DNA from: Balanoglossus misakiensis
Taxonomy: Eukaryota; Animalia; Hemichordata
Length of the DNA: 64,000 bases
Assembly (NCBI GenBank): GCA_040954595.2
Contig: CM082591.2
Span: forward strand, 10,867,309 to 10,931,308
Direction of reading: 5' to 3'
The notes beneath the pieces are model-generated. The model was not told the DNA's origin. It did not search any database and saw only the letters and a program-made list of their open reading frames with translations. This document shows, in pieces, positions 22,360 through 36,100 of this stretch. The stretch's first letter is position 1; each line of letters begins with the position of its first letter. Made by a program: the position numbers and the translations under genes.

Positions 22360-25300
22360 TGCGCATCACAACAGAATTTTGTAAACAAACGAGGCTGTGT
22401 TTGGAAGCAACCATAGAAACTTTAGAACTATCCGTCGATCTACAGAGTCTAGTGGAAAACTTTCTTATGCGCATAGACCTATCATGTGTTCTGCGCATCA
22501 CAACAGAATTTTGTAAACAAACGAGGCTGTGTTTCGAAGCAACCATAGAAACTTTAGAACTATCCGTCGATCTATAGAGTCCAGTGGAAAACTTTCTTAT
22601 CGTCATAGGGCTATCATGTGTTCTGCGCATCACAACCGATTTCCTCAAATAACCGAGGCTGTGTTTGGAAGCATCCATGGAAATTTTAGAACTATCCGTC
22701 GATCTACAGAGTCTAGTGGAAAACTTTCTTATGTGCATAGGTCTATCATGTGTTCTGCGCATCACAACATAATTTTGTAAACAAACGAGGCTGTGTTTGG
22801 AAGCAACCATGGAAACTTTAGAACTATCCGTCGATCGACAGAGTCTAGTGGAAAACTTTCTTATGCGCATAGACCTATCATTTGTTCTGCGCATCACAAC
22901 AGAATTTTGTAAACAAACGAGGCCGTGTTTCGAAGCAACCATGGAAACTTTAGAACTATCCGTCGATCTACAGAGTCTAGTGGAAAACTTTCTTATGCGC
23001 ATAGTCCTATCATGTGTTCTGCGCATCACAACAGAATTTTGTAAACAAACGAGGCCGTGTTTCGAAGCAACCATGGAAACTTTAGAACTATCCGTCGATC
23101 TACAGAGTCTAGAGGCAAACTTTCTTATCCTCATAGGCCTATCATGTGTTCTGCGCATCACAACAGAATTTTGTAAACAAACGAGGCTGTGTTTGGAAGC
23201 AACCATGGAAACTTTAGAACTATCCGTCGATCTACAGAGTCTAGTGGAAAACTTTCTTATGCGCATAGACCTATCATGTGTTCTGCGCATCACAACAGAA
23301 TTTTGTAAACAAACGAGGCTGTGTTTCGAAGCAACCATGGAAACTTTAGAACTATCCGTCGATCTATAGAGTCCAGTGGAAAACTTTCTTATCGTCATAG
23401 GGCTATCATGTGTTCTGCGCATCACAACCGATTTCCTCAAATAACCGAGGCTGTGTTTGGAAGCATCCATGGAAATTTTAGAACTATCCGTCGATCTACA
23501 GAGTCTAGTGGAAAACTTTCTTATGCGCATAGACCTATCATGTGTTCTGCGCATCACAACATATTTCCTTAAACAAACGAGGCTGTGTTTGGAAGCAACC
23601 ATGGAAACTTTAGAATTATCCGTCGATCGACAGAGTCTAGTGGAAAACTTTCTTATGTGCATAGGTCTATCATGTGTTCTGCGCATCACAACATAATTTT
23701 GAAAACAATCGAGGCTGTGTTTGGAAGCAACCATGGAAACTTTAGAACTATCCGTCGATCCACAGAGTCTAGTGGAAAACTGTCTTATGCGCATAGGCCT
23801 ATCATGTTTTCTGCGCATCACAACAGAATTTTGTAAACAAACGAGGCTGTGTTTGGAAGCAACCATGGAAACTTTAGAACTATCCGTCGATCTATAGAGT
23901 CTAGTGGAAAACTTTCTTATGCGCATAGGCCTATCATTTGTTCTGCGCATCACAACAGAATTTTGTAAACAAACGAGGCTGTGTTTGGAAGCAACCATGG
24001 AAACTTTAGAACTATCCGTCGATCTACAGAGTCTAGTGGAAAACTTTCTTATGCGCATAGACCTATCATGTGTTCTGCGCATCACAATAGAATTTTGTAA
24101 ACAAACGAGGCCGTGTTTGGAAGCAACCATGGAAACTTTACAACTATCCGTCGATCTACAGAGTCTAGTGGAAAACTTTCTTATGCGCATAGACCTATCA
24201 TTTGTTCTGCGCATCACAACAGAATTCCTTAAATAAACGAGGCTGTGTTTGGAAGCAACCATGGAAACTTTAGAACTATCCGTCGATCTACAGAGTCTAG
24301 TGGAAAACTTTCTTATGCGCATAGACCTATCATGTGTTCTGCGCATCACAACATATTTCCTTAAATAAACGAGGCTGTGTTTGGAAGCAACCATGGAAAC
24401 TTTAGAACTATCCGTCGATCTACAGAGTCTAGTGGAAAACTTTCTTATGTGCATAGGTCTATCATGTGTTCTGCGCATCACAACAGAATTTTGTAAACAA
24501 ACGAGGCTGTGTTTGGAAGCAACCATAGAAACTTTAGAACTATCCGTCGATCTACAGAGTCTAGTGGAAAACTTTCTTATGCGCATAGACCTATCATGTG
24601 TTCTGCGCATCACAACAGAATTTTGTAAACAAACGAGGCTGTGTTTCGAAGCAACCATAGAAACTTTAGAACTATCCGTCGATCTATAGAGTCCAGTGGA
24701 AAACTTTCTTATCGTCATAGGGCTATCATGTGTTCTGCGCATCACAACCGATTTCCTCAAATAACCGAGGCTGTGTTTGGAAGCATCCATGGAAATTTTA
24801 GAACTATCCGTCGATCTACAGAGTCTAGTGGAAAACTTTCTTATGTGCATAGGTCTATCATGTGTTCTGCGCATCACAACATAATTTTGTAAACAAACGA
24901 GGCTGTGTTTGGAAGCAACCATGGAAACTTTAGAACTATCCGTCGATCGACAGAGTCTAGTGGAAAACTTTCTTATGCGCATAGACCTATCATTTGTTCT
25001 GCGCATCACAACAGAATTCCTTAAATAAACGAGGCTGTGTTTGGAAGCAACCATGGAAACTTTAGAACTATCCGTCGATCTACAGAGTCTAGTGGAAAAC
25101 TTTCTTATGCGCATAGACCTATCATGTGTTCTGCGCATCACAACATATTTCCTTAAATAAACGAGGCTGTGTTTGGAAGCAACCATGGAAACTTTAGAAC
25201 TATCCGTCGATCTACAGAGTCTAGTGGAAAACTTTCTTATGTGCATAGGTCTATCATGTGTTCTGCGCATCACAACAGAATTTTGTAAACAAACGAGGCT

Positions 25301-27388
25301 GTGTTTGGAAGCAACCATAGAAACTTTAGAACTATCCGTCGATCTACAGAGTCTAGTGGAAAACTTTCTTATGCGCATAGACCTATCATGTGTTCTGCGC
25401 ATCACAACAGAATTTTGTAAACAAACGAGGCTGTGTTTCGAAGCAACCATAGAAACTTTAGAACTATCCGTCGATCTATAGAGTCCAGTGGAAAACTTTC
25501 TTATCGTCATAGGGCTATCATGTGTTCTGCGCATCACAACCGATTTCCTCAAATAACCGAGGCTGTGTTTGGAAGCATCCATGGAAATTTTAGAACTATC
25601 CGTCGATCTACAGAGTCTAGTGGAAAACTTTCTTATGTGCATAGGTCTATCATGTGTTCTGCGCATCACAACATAATTTTGTAAACAAACGAGGCTGTGT
25701 TTGGAAGCAACCATGGAAACTTTAGAACTATCCGTCGATCGACAGAGTCTAGTGGAAAACTTTCTTATGCGCATAGACCTATCATTTGTTCTGCGCATCA
25801 CAACAGAATTTTGTAAACAAACGAGGCCGTGTTTCGAAGCAACCATGGAAACTTTAGAACTATCCGTCGATCTACAGAGTCTAGTGGAAAACTTTCTTAT
25901 GCGCATAGTCCTATCATGTGTTCTGCGCATCACAACAGAATTTTGTAAACAAACGAGGCCGTGTTTCGAAGCAACCATGGAAACTTTAGAACTATCCGTC
26001 GATCTACAGAGTCTAGAGGCAAACTTTCTTATCCTCATAGGCCTATCATGTGTTCTGCGCATCACAACAGAATTTTGTAAACAAACGAGGCTGTGTTTGG
26101 AAGCAACCATGGAAACTTTAGAACTATCCGTCGATCTACAGAGTCTAGTGGAAAACTTTCTTATGCGCATAGACCTATCATGTGTTCTGCGCATCACAAC
26201 AGAATTTTGTAAACAAACGAGGCTGTGTTTCGAAGCAACCATGGAAACTTTAGAACTATCCGTCGATCTATAGAGTCCAGTGGAAAACTTTCTTATCGTC
26301 ATAGGGCTATCATGTGTTCTGCGCATCACAACCGATTTCCTCAAATAACCGAGGCTGTGTTTGGAAGCATCCATGGAAATTTTAGAACTATCCGTCGATC
26401 TACAGAGTCTAGTGGAAAACTTTCTTATGCGCATAGACCTATCATGTGTTCTGCGCATCACAACATATTTCCTTAAACAAACGAGGCTGTGTTTGGAAGC
26501 AACCATGGAAACTTTAGAATTATCCGTCGATCGACAGAGTCTAGTGGAAAACTTTCTTATGTGCATAGGTCTATCATGTGTTCTGCGCATCACAACATAA
26601 TTTTGAAAACAATCGAGGCTGTGTTTGGAAGCAACCATGGAAACTTTAGAACTATCCGTCGATCCACAGAGTCTAGTGGAAAACTTTCTTATGCGCATAG
26701 GCCTATCATGTTTTCTGCGCATCACAACAGAATTTTGTAAACAAACGAGGCTGTGTTTGGAAGCAACCATGGAAACTTTAGAACTATCCGTCGATCTATA
26801 GAGTCTAGTGGAAAACTTTCTTATGCGCATAGGCCTATCATTTGTTCTGCGCATCACAACAGAATTTTGTAAACAAACGAGGCTGTGTTTGGAAGCAACC
26901 ATGGAAACTTTAGAACTATCCGTCGATCTACAGAGTCTAGTGGAAAACTTTCTTATGCGCATAGACCTATCATGTGTTCTGCGCATCACAATAGAATTTT
27001 GTAAACAAACGAGGCCGTGTTTGGAAGCAACCATGGAAACTTTACAACTATCCGTCGATCTACAGAGTCTAGTGGAAAACTTTCTTATGCGCATAGACCT
27101 ATCATTTGTTCTGCGCATCACAACAGAATTCCTTAAATAAACGAGGCTGTGTTTGGAAGCAACCATGGAAACTTTAGAACTATCCGTCGATCTACAGAGT
27201 CTAGTGGAAAACTTTCTTATGCGCATAGACCTATCATGTGTTCTGCGCATCACAACATATTTCCTTAAATAAACGAGGCTGTGTTTGGAAGCAACCATGG
27301 AAACTTTAGAACTATCCGTCGATCTACAGAGTCTAGTGGAAAACTTTCTTATGTGCATAGGTCTATCATGTGTTCTGCGCATCACAAC
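22360..27388. repeat. Higher-order duplication, 2,904-bp period (22 monomers), with nested 660- and 792-bp duplications
   Basis: Identical ORFs at 22797/25701, 23457/26361, 23904/26808; shared rare ATAGTCCTAT variant; 21477/22137 (660) and 24381/25173 (792). Confidence 0.88.
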
Positions 27389-30134
27389 ATAATTTTGTAA
27401 ACAAACGAGGCTGTGTTTGGAAGCAACCATGGAAACTTTAGAACTATCCGTCGATCGACAGAGTCTAGTGGAAAACTTTCTTATGCGCATAGACCTATCA
27501 TTTGTTCTGCGCATCACAACAGAATTTTGTAAACAAACGAGGCCGTGTTTCGAAGCAACCATGGAAACTTTAGAACTATCCGTCGATCTACAGAGTCTAG
27601 TGGAAAACTTTCTTATGCGCATAGACCTATCATGTGTTCTGCGCATCACAACATATTTCCTTAAACAAACGAGGCTGTGTTTGGAAGCAACCATGGAAAC
27701 TTTAGAATTATCCGTCGATCGACAGAGTCTAGTGGAAAACTTTCTTATGTGCATAGGTCTATCATGTGTTCTGCGCATCACAACATAATTTTGAAAACAA
27801 TCGAGGCTGTGTTTGGAAGCAACCATGGAAACTTTAGAACTATCCGTCGATCCACAGAGTCTAGTGGAAAACTTTCTTATGCGCATAGGCCTATCATGTT
27901 TTCTGCGCATCACAACAGAATTTTGTAAACAAACGAGGCTGTGTTTGGAAGCAACCATGGAAACTTTAGAACTATCCGTCGATCTACAGAGTCTAGTGGA
28001 AAACTTTCTTATGCGCATAGACCTATCATGTGTTCTGCGCATCACAATAGAATTTTGTAAACAAACGAGGCCGTGTTTGGAAGCAACCATGGAAACTTTA
28101 CAACTATCCGTCGTCTACAGAGTCTAGTGGAAAACTTTCTTATGCGCATAGACCTATCATTTGTTCTGCGCATCACAACAGAATTTTGTAAACAAACGAG
28201 ACCGTGTTTGGAAGCAACCATGGAAACTTTACAACTATCCGTCGATCTACAGAGTCTAGTGGAAAACTTTCTTATGCGCATAGACCTATCATGTGTTCTG
28301 CGCATCACAACATATTTCCTTAAATAAACGAGGCTGTGTTTGGAAGCAACCATGGAAACTTTAGAACTATCCGTCGATCTACAGAGTCTAGTGGAAAACT
28401 TTCTTATGTGCATAGGTCTATCATGTGTTCTGCGCATCACAACATAATTTTGTAAACAAACGAGGCTGTGTTTGGAAGCAACCATGGAAACTTTAGAACT
28501 ATCCGTCGATCGACAGAGTCTAGTGGAAAACTTTCTTATGCGCATAGACCTATCATTTGTTCTGCGCATCACAACAGAATTTTGTAAACAAACGAGGCCG
28601 TGTTTCGAAGCAACCATGGAAACTTTAGAACTATCCGTCGATCTACAGAGTCTAGTGGAAAACTTTCTTATGCGCATAGACCTATCATGTGTTCTGCGCA
28701 TCACAACAGAATTTTGTAAACAAACGAGGCCGTGTTTCGAAGCAACCATGGAAACTTTAGAACTATCCGTCGATCTACAGAGTCTAGAGGCAAACTTTCT
28801 TATCCTCATAGGCCTATCATGTGTTCTGCGCATCACAACAGAATTTTGTAAACAAACGAGGCTGTGTTTGGAAGCAACCATGGAAACTTTAGAACTATCC
28901 GTCGATCTACAGAGTCTAGTGGAAAACTTTCTTATGCGCATAGACCTATCATGTGTTCTGCGCATCACAACAGAATTTTGTAAACAAACGAGGCTGTGTT
29001 TCGAAGCAACCATTGAAACTTTAGAACTATCCGTCGATCTACAGAGTCTAGTGGAAAACTTTCTTATGCGCATAGGCCTATCATGTGTTCTGCGCATCAC
29101 AACATATTTCCTTAAATAAACGAGGCTGTGTTTGGAAGCAACCATGGAAATTTTAGAACTATCCGTCGATCTACAGAGTCTAGTGGAAAACTTTCTTATC
29201 CTCATAGACCTATCATGTGTTCTGCGCATCACAACAGAATTTTGTAAACAAACGAGGGTGTGTTTGGAAGCAACCATGGAAACTTTATAACTATCCGTCG
29301 ATCTACAGAGTCTAGTTGAAAACTTTCTTATCCTCATAGGCCTATCATGTGTTCTGCGCATCACAACAGAATTTTGTAAACAAACGAGGCTGTGTTCGGA
29401 AGCAACCATGGAAACTTTAGAACTATCCGTCGATCTACAGAGTCTAGTGGAAAACTTTCTTATGCGCATAGACCTATCATGTGTTCTGCGCATCACAACA
29501 GAATTTTGTAAACAAACGAGGCTGTGTTTCGAAGCAACCATGGAAACTTTAGAACTATCCGTCGATCTACAGAGTCTAGTGGAAAACTTTCTTATCCTCA
29601 TAGGCCTATCATGTGTTCTGCGCATCACAACATATTTCCTTAAATAAACGAGGCTGTGTTTGGAAGCAACCATGGAAATTTTAGAACTATCCGTCGATCT
29701 ACAGAGTCTAGTGGAAAACTTTCTTATCCTCATAGACCTATCATGTGTTCTGCGCATCACAACAGAATTTTGTAAACAAACGAGGGTGTGTTTGGAAGCA
29801 ACCATGGAAACTTTATAACTATCCGTCGATCTACAGAGTCTAGTGGAAAACTTTCTTATCCTCATAGGCCTATCATGTGTTTTGCGCATCACAACAGAAT
29901 TTTGTAAACAAACGAGGCTGTGTTCGGAAGCAACCATGGAAACTTTAGAACTATCCGTCGATCTACAGAGTCTAGTGGAAAACTTTCTTATGCGCATAGG
30001 CCTATCATGTGTTCTGCGCATCACAACAGAATTTTGTAAACAAACGAGGCTGTGTTTGGAAGCAACCATGGAAACTTTAGAACTATCCGTCGATCTACAG
30101 AGTCTAGTGGAAAACTTTCTTATGCGCATAGACC

Positions 30135-33100
30135 TATCATGTGTTCTGCGCATCACAATAGAATTTTGTAAACAAACGAGGCCGTGTTTGGAAGCAACCA
30201 TGGAAACTTTACAACTATCCGTCGATCTACAGAGTCTAGTGGAAAACTTTCTTATGCGCATAGACCTATCATTTGTTCTGCGCATCACAACAGAATTTTG
30301 TAAACAAACGAGGCCGTGTTTGGAAGCAACCATGGAAACTTTACAACTATCCGTCGATCTACAGAGTCTAGTGGAAAACTTTCTTATGCGCATAGACCTA
30401 TCATGTGTTCTGCGCATCACAACATATTTCCTTAAATAAACGAGGCTGTGTTTGGAAGCAACCATGGAAACTTTAGAACTATCCGTCGATCTACAGAGTC
30501 TAGTGGACAACTTTCTTATGTGCATAGGTCTATCATGTGTTCTGCGCATCACAACATAATTTTGTAAACAAACGAGGCTGTGTTTGGAAGCAACCATGGA
30601 AACTTTAGAACTATCCGTCGATCGACAGAGTCTAGTGGAAAACTTTCTTATGCGCATAGACCTATCATTTGTTCTGCGCATCACAACAGAATTTTGTAAA
30701 CAAACGAGGCCGTGTTTCGAAGCAACCATGGAAACTTTAGAACTATCCGTCGATCTACAGAGTCTAGTGGAAAACTTTCTTATGCACATAGACCTATCAT
30801 GTGTTCTGCGCATCACAACAGAATTTTGTAAACAAACGGGGCCGTGTTTCAAAGCACCATGGAAACTTTAGAACTATCCGTCGATCTACAGAGTCTAGAG
30901 GCAAACTTTCTTATCCTCATAGGCCTATCATGTGTTCTGCGCATCACAACAGAATTTTGTAAACAAACGAGGCTGTGTTTCGAAGCAACCATGGAAACTT
31001 TAGAACTATCCGTCGATCTACAGAGTCTAGTGGAAAACTTTCTTATGCGCATAGACCTATCATGTGTTCTGCGCATCACAACAGAATTTTGTAAACAAAC
31101 GAGGCTGTGTTTCGAAGCAACCATGGAAACTTTAGAACTATCCGTCGATCTACAGAGTCTAGTGGAAAACTTTCTTATGCGCATAGGCCTATCATGTATT
31201 CTGCGCATCACAACATATTTCCTTAAATAAACGAGGCTGTGTTTGGAAGCAACCACGGAAATTTTAGAACTATCCGTCGATCTACAGAGTCTAGTGGAAA
31301 ACTTTCTTATCCTCATAGACCTATCATGTGTTCTGCGCATCACAACAGAATTTTGTAAACAAACAAGGGTGTGTTTGGAAGCAACCATGGAAACTTTATA
31401 ACTATCCGTCGATCTACAGAGTCTAGTTGAAAACTTTCTTATCCTCATAGGCCTATCATGTGTTCTGCGCATCACAACAGAATTTTGTAAACAAACGAGG
31501 CTGTGTTCGGAAGCAACCATGGAAACTTTAGAACTATCCGTCGATCTACAGAGTCTAGTGGAAAACTTTCTTATGCGCATAGGCCTATCATGTGTTCTGC
31601 GCATCACAACATATTTCCTTAAATAAACGAGGCTGTGTTTCGAAGCAACCATGGAAACTTTAGAACTATCCGTCGATCTACAGAGTCTAGTGGAAAACTT
31701 TCTTATGCGCATAGACCTATCATGTGTTCTGCGCATCACAACAGAATTTTGTAAACAAACGAGGCTGTGTTTGGAAGCAACCATGGAAACTTTAGAACTA
31801 TCCGTTGATCTACAGAGTCTAGTGGAAAACTTTCTTATGCGCATAGACCTATCATGTGTTCTGCGCATCACAACAGAATTTTGTAAACAAACGAGGCTGT
31901 GTTTCGAAGCAACCATGGAAACTTTAGAACTATCCGTCGATCTACAGAGTCTAGTGGAAAACTTTCTTATCCTCATAGGCCTATCATGTGTTCTGCGCAT
32001 CACAACATATTTCCTTAAATAAACGAGGCTGTGTTTGGAAGCAACCATGGAAATTTTAGAACTATCCGTCGATCTACAGAGTCTAGTGGAAAACTTTCTT
32101 ATCCTCATAGACCTATCATGTGTTCTGCGCATCACAACAGAATTTTGTAAACAAACGAGGGTGTGTTTGGAAGCAACCATGGAAACTTTATAACTATCCG
32201 TCGATCTACAGAGTCTAGTGGAAAACTTTCTTATCCTCATAGGCATATCATGTGTTTTGCGCATCACAACAGAATTTTGTAAACAAACGAGGCTGTGTTC
32301 GGAAGCAACCATGGAAACTTTAGAACTGTCCGTCGATCTACAGAGTCTAGTGGAAAACTTTCTTATGCGCATAGGCCTATCATGTGTTCTGCGCATCACA
32401 ACATATTTCCTTAAATAAACGAGGCTGTGTTTGGAAGCAACCATGGAAATTTTAGAACTATCCGTCGATCTACAGAGTCTAGTGGAAAACTTTCTTATCC
32501 TCATAGACCTATCATGTGTTCTGCGCATCACAACAGAATTTTGTAAACAAACGAGGGTGTGTTTGGAAGCAACCATGGAAACTTTATAACTATCCGTCGA
32601 TCTACAGAGTCTAGTGGAAAACTTTCTTATCCTCATAGGCATATCATGTGTTTTGCGCATCACAACAGAATTTTGTAAACAAACGAGGCTGTGTTCGGAA
32701 GCAACCATGGAAACTTTAGAACTATCCGTCGATCTACAGAGTCTAGTGGAAAACTTTCTTATGCGCATAGGCCTATCATGTGTTCTGCGCATCACAACAT
32801 ATTTCCTTAAATAAACGAGGCTGTGTTTCGAAGCAACCATGGAAACTTTAGAACTATCCGTCGATCTACAGAGTCTAGTGGAAAACTTTCTTATCGTCAT
32901 AGGGCTATCATGTGTTCTGCGCATCACAACAGAATTTTGTAAACAAACGAGGCTGTGTTCGGAAGCAACCATGGAAACTTTAGAACTATCCGTCGATCTA
33001 CAGAGTCTAGTGGAAAACTTTCTTATCGTCATAGGGCTATCATGTGTTCTGCGCATCACAACAGAATTTTGTAAACAAACGAGGCTGTGTTCGGAAGCAA

Positions 33101-36100
33101 CCATGGAAACTTTAGAACTATCCGTCGATCTACAGAGTCTAGTGGAAAACTTTCTTATGCGCATAGGCCTATCATGTGTTCTGCGCATCACAACATATTT
33201 CCTTAAATAAACGAGGCTGTGTTTGGAAGCAACCATGGAAATTTTAGAACTATCCGTCGATCTACAGAGTCTAGTGGAAAACTTTCTTATGTGCATAGGT
33301 CTATCATGTGTTCTGCGCATCACAACATAATTTTGAAAACAATCGAGGCTGTGTTTGGAAGCAATCATGGAAACTTTACAACTATCCGTCGATCTACAGA
33401 GTCTAGTGGAAAACTTTCTTATGCGCATAGACCTATCATGTGTTCTGCGCATCACAACAGAATTTTGTAAACAAACGAGGCTGTGTTTCGAAGCAACCAT
33501 GGAAACTTTAGAACTATCCGTCGATCTACAGAGTCTAGAGGCAAACTTTCTTATCCTCATAGGCCTATCATGTGTTCTGCGCATCACAACAGAATTTTGT
33601 AAACAAACGAGGCTGTGTTTGGAAGAAACCATGGAAACTTTAGAACTATCCGTCGATCCACAGAGTCTAGTGGAAAACTTTCTCATGCGCATAGACCTAT
33701 CATGTGTTCTGCGCATCACAACAGAATTTTGTAAACAAACGAGGCTGTGTTTCGAAGCAACCATGGAAACATTAGAACTATCCGTCGATCTATAGAGTCC
33801 AGTGGAAAACTTTCTTATCGTCATAGGGCTATCATGTGTTCTGCGCATCACAACAGAATTTTGTAAACAAACGAGGCTGTGTTCGGAAGCAACCATGGAA
33901 ACTTTAGAACTATCCGTCGATCTACAGAGTCTAGTGGAAAACTTTCTTATGCGCATATGCCTATCATGTGTTCTGCGCATCACAACATATTTCCTTAAAT
34001 AAACGAGGCTGTGTTTGGAAGCAACCATGGAAATTTTAGAACTATCCGTCGATCTACAGAGTCTAGTGGAAAACTTTCTTATGTGCATAGGTCAATCATG
34101 TGTTCTGCGCATCACAACATAATTTTGAAAACAATCGAGGCTGTGTTTGGAAGCAACCATGGAAACTTTAGAACTATCCGTCGATCCACAGAGTCTAGTG
34201 GAAAACTTTCTTATGCGCATAGGCCTATCATGTTTTCTGCGCATCACAACAGAATTTTGTAAACAAACGAGGCTGTGTTCGGAAGCAACCATGGAAACTT
34301 TAGAACTATCCGTCGATCTACAGAGTCTAGTGGAAAACTTTCTTATGCGCATAGGCCTATCATGTGTTCTGCGCATCACAACATATTTCCTTAAATAAAC
34401 GAGGCTGTGTTTGGAAGCAACCATGGAAATTTTAGAACTATCCGTCGATCTACAGAGTCTAGTGGAAAACTTTCTTATGTGCATAGGTCTATCATGTGTT
34501 CTGCGCATCACAACATAATTTTGAAAACAATCGAGGCTGTGTTTGGAAGCAACCATGGAAACTTTAGAACTATCCGTCGATCGACAGAGTCTAGTGGAAA
34601 ACTTTCTTATGCGCATAGACCTATCATTTGTTCTGCGCATCACAACAGAATTTTGTAAACAAACGAGGCTGTGTTTGTAAGCAATCATGGAAACTTTACA
34701 ACTATCCGTCGATCTACAGAGTCTAGTGGAAAACTTTCTTATGCGCATAGACCTATCATGTGTTCTGCGCATCACAACAGAATTTTGTAAACAAACGAGG
34801 CCGTGTTTCGAAGCAACCATGGAAACTTTAGAACTATCCGTCGATCTACAGAGTCTAGAGGCAAACTTTCTTATCCTCATAGGCCTATCATGTGTTCTGC
34901 GCATCACAACAGAATTTTGTAAACAAACGAGGCTGTGTTTGGAAGAAACCATGGAAACTTTAGAACTATCCGTCGATCCACAGAGTCTAGTGGAAAACTT
35001 TCTCATGCGCATAGACCTATCATGTGTTCTGCGCATCACAACAGAATTTTGTGAACAAACGAGGCTGTGTTTCGAAGCAACCATGGAAACATTAGAACTA
35101 TCCGTCGATCTATAGAGTCCAGTGGAAAACTTTCTTATCGTCATAGGGCTATCATGTGTTCTGCGCATCACAACAGAATTTTGTAAACAAACGAGGCTGT
35201 GTTCGGAAGCAACCATGGAAACTTTAGAACTATCCGTCGATCTACAGAGTCTAGTGGAAAACTTTCTTATGCGCATATGCCTATCATGTGTTCTGCGCAT
35301 CACAACATATTTCCTTAAATAAACGAGGCTGTGTTTGGAAGCAACCATGGAAATTTTAGAACTATCCGTCGATCTACAGAGTCTAGTGGAAAACTTTCTT
35401 ATGTGCATAGGTCAATCATGTGTTCTGCGCATCACAACATAATTTTGAAAACAATCGAGGCTGTGTTTGGAAGCAACCATGGAAACTTTAGAACTATCCG
35501 TCGATCCACAGAGTCTAGTGGAAAACTTTCTTATGCGCATAGGCCTATCATGTTTTCTGCGCATCACAACAGAATTTTGTAAACAAACGAGGCTGTGTTC
35601 GGAAGCAACCATGGAAACTTTAGAACTATCCGTCGATCTACAGAGTCTAGTGGAAAACTTTCTTATGCGCATAGGCCTATCATGTGTTCTGCGCATCACA
35701 ACATATTTCCTTAAATAAACGAGGCTGTGTTTGGAAGCAACCATGGAAATTTTAGAACTATCCGTCGATCTACAGAGTCTAGTGGAAAACTTTCTTATGT
35801 GCATAGGTCTATCATGTGTTCTGCGCATCACAACATAATTTTGAAAACAATCGAGGCTGTGTTTGGAAGCAACCATGGAAACTTAAGAACTATCCGTCGA
35901 TCGACAGAGTCTAGTGGAAAACTTTCTTATGCGCATAGACCTATCATTTGTTCTGCGCATCACAACAGAATTTTGTAAACAAACGAGGCTGTGTTTGTAA
36001 GCAATCATGGAAACTTTACAACTATCCATCGATCTACAGAGTCTAGTGGAAAACTTTCTTATGCGCATAGACCTATCATGTGTTCTGCGCATCACAACAG

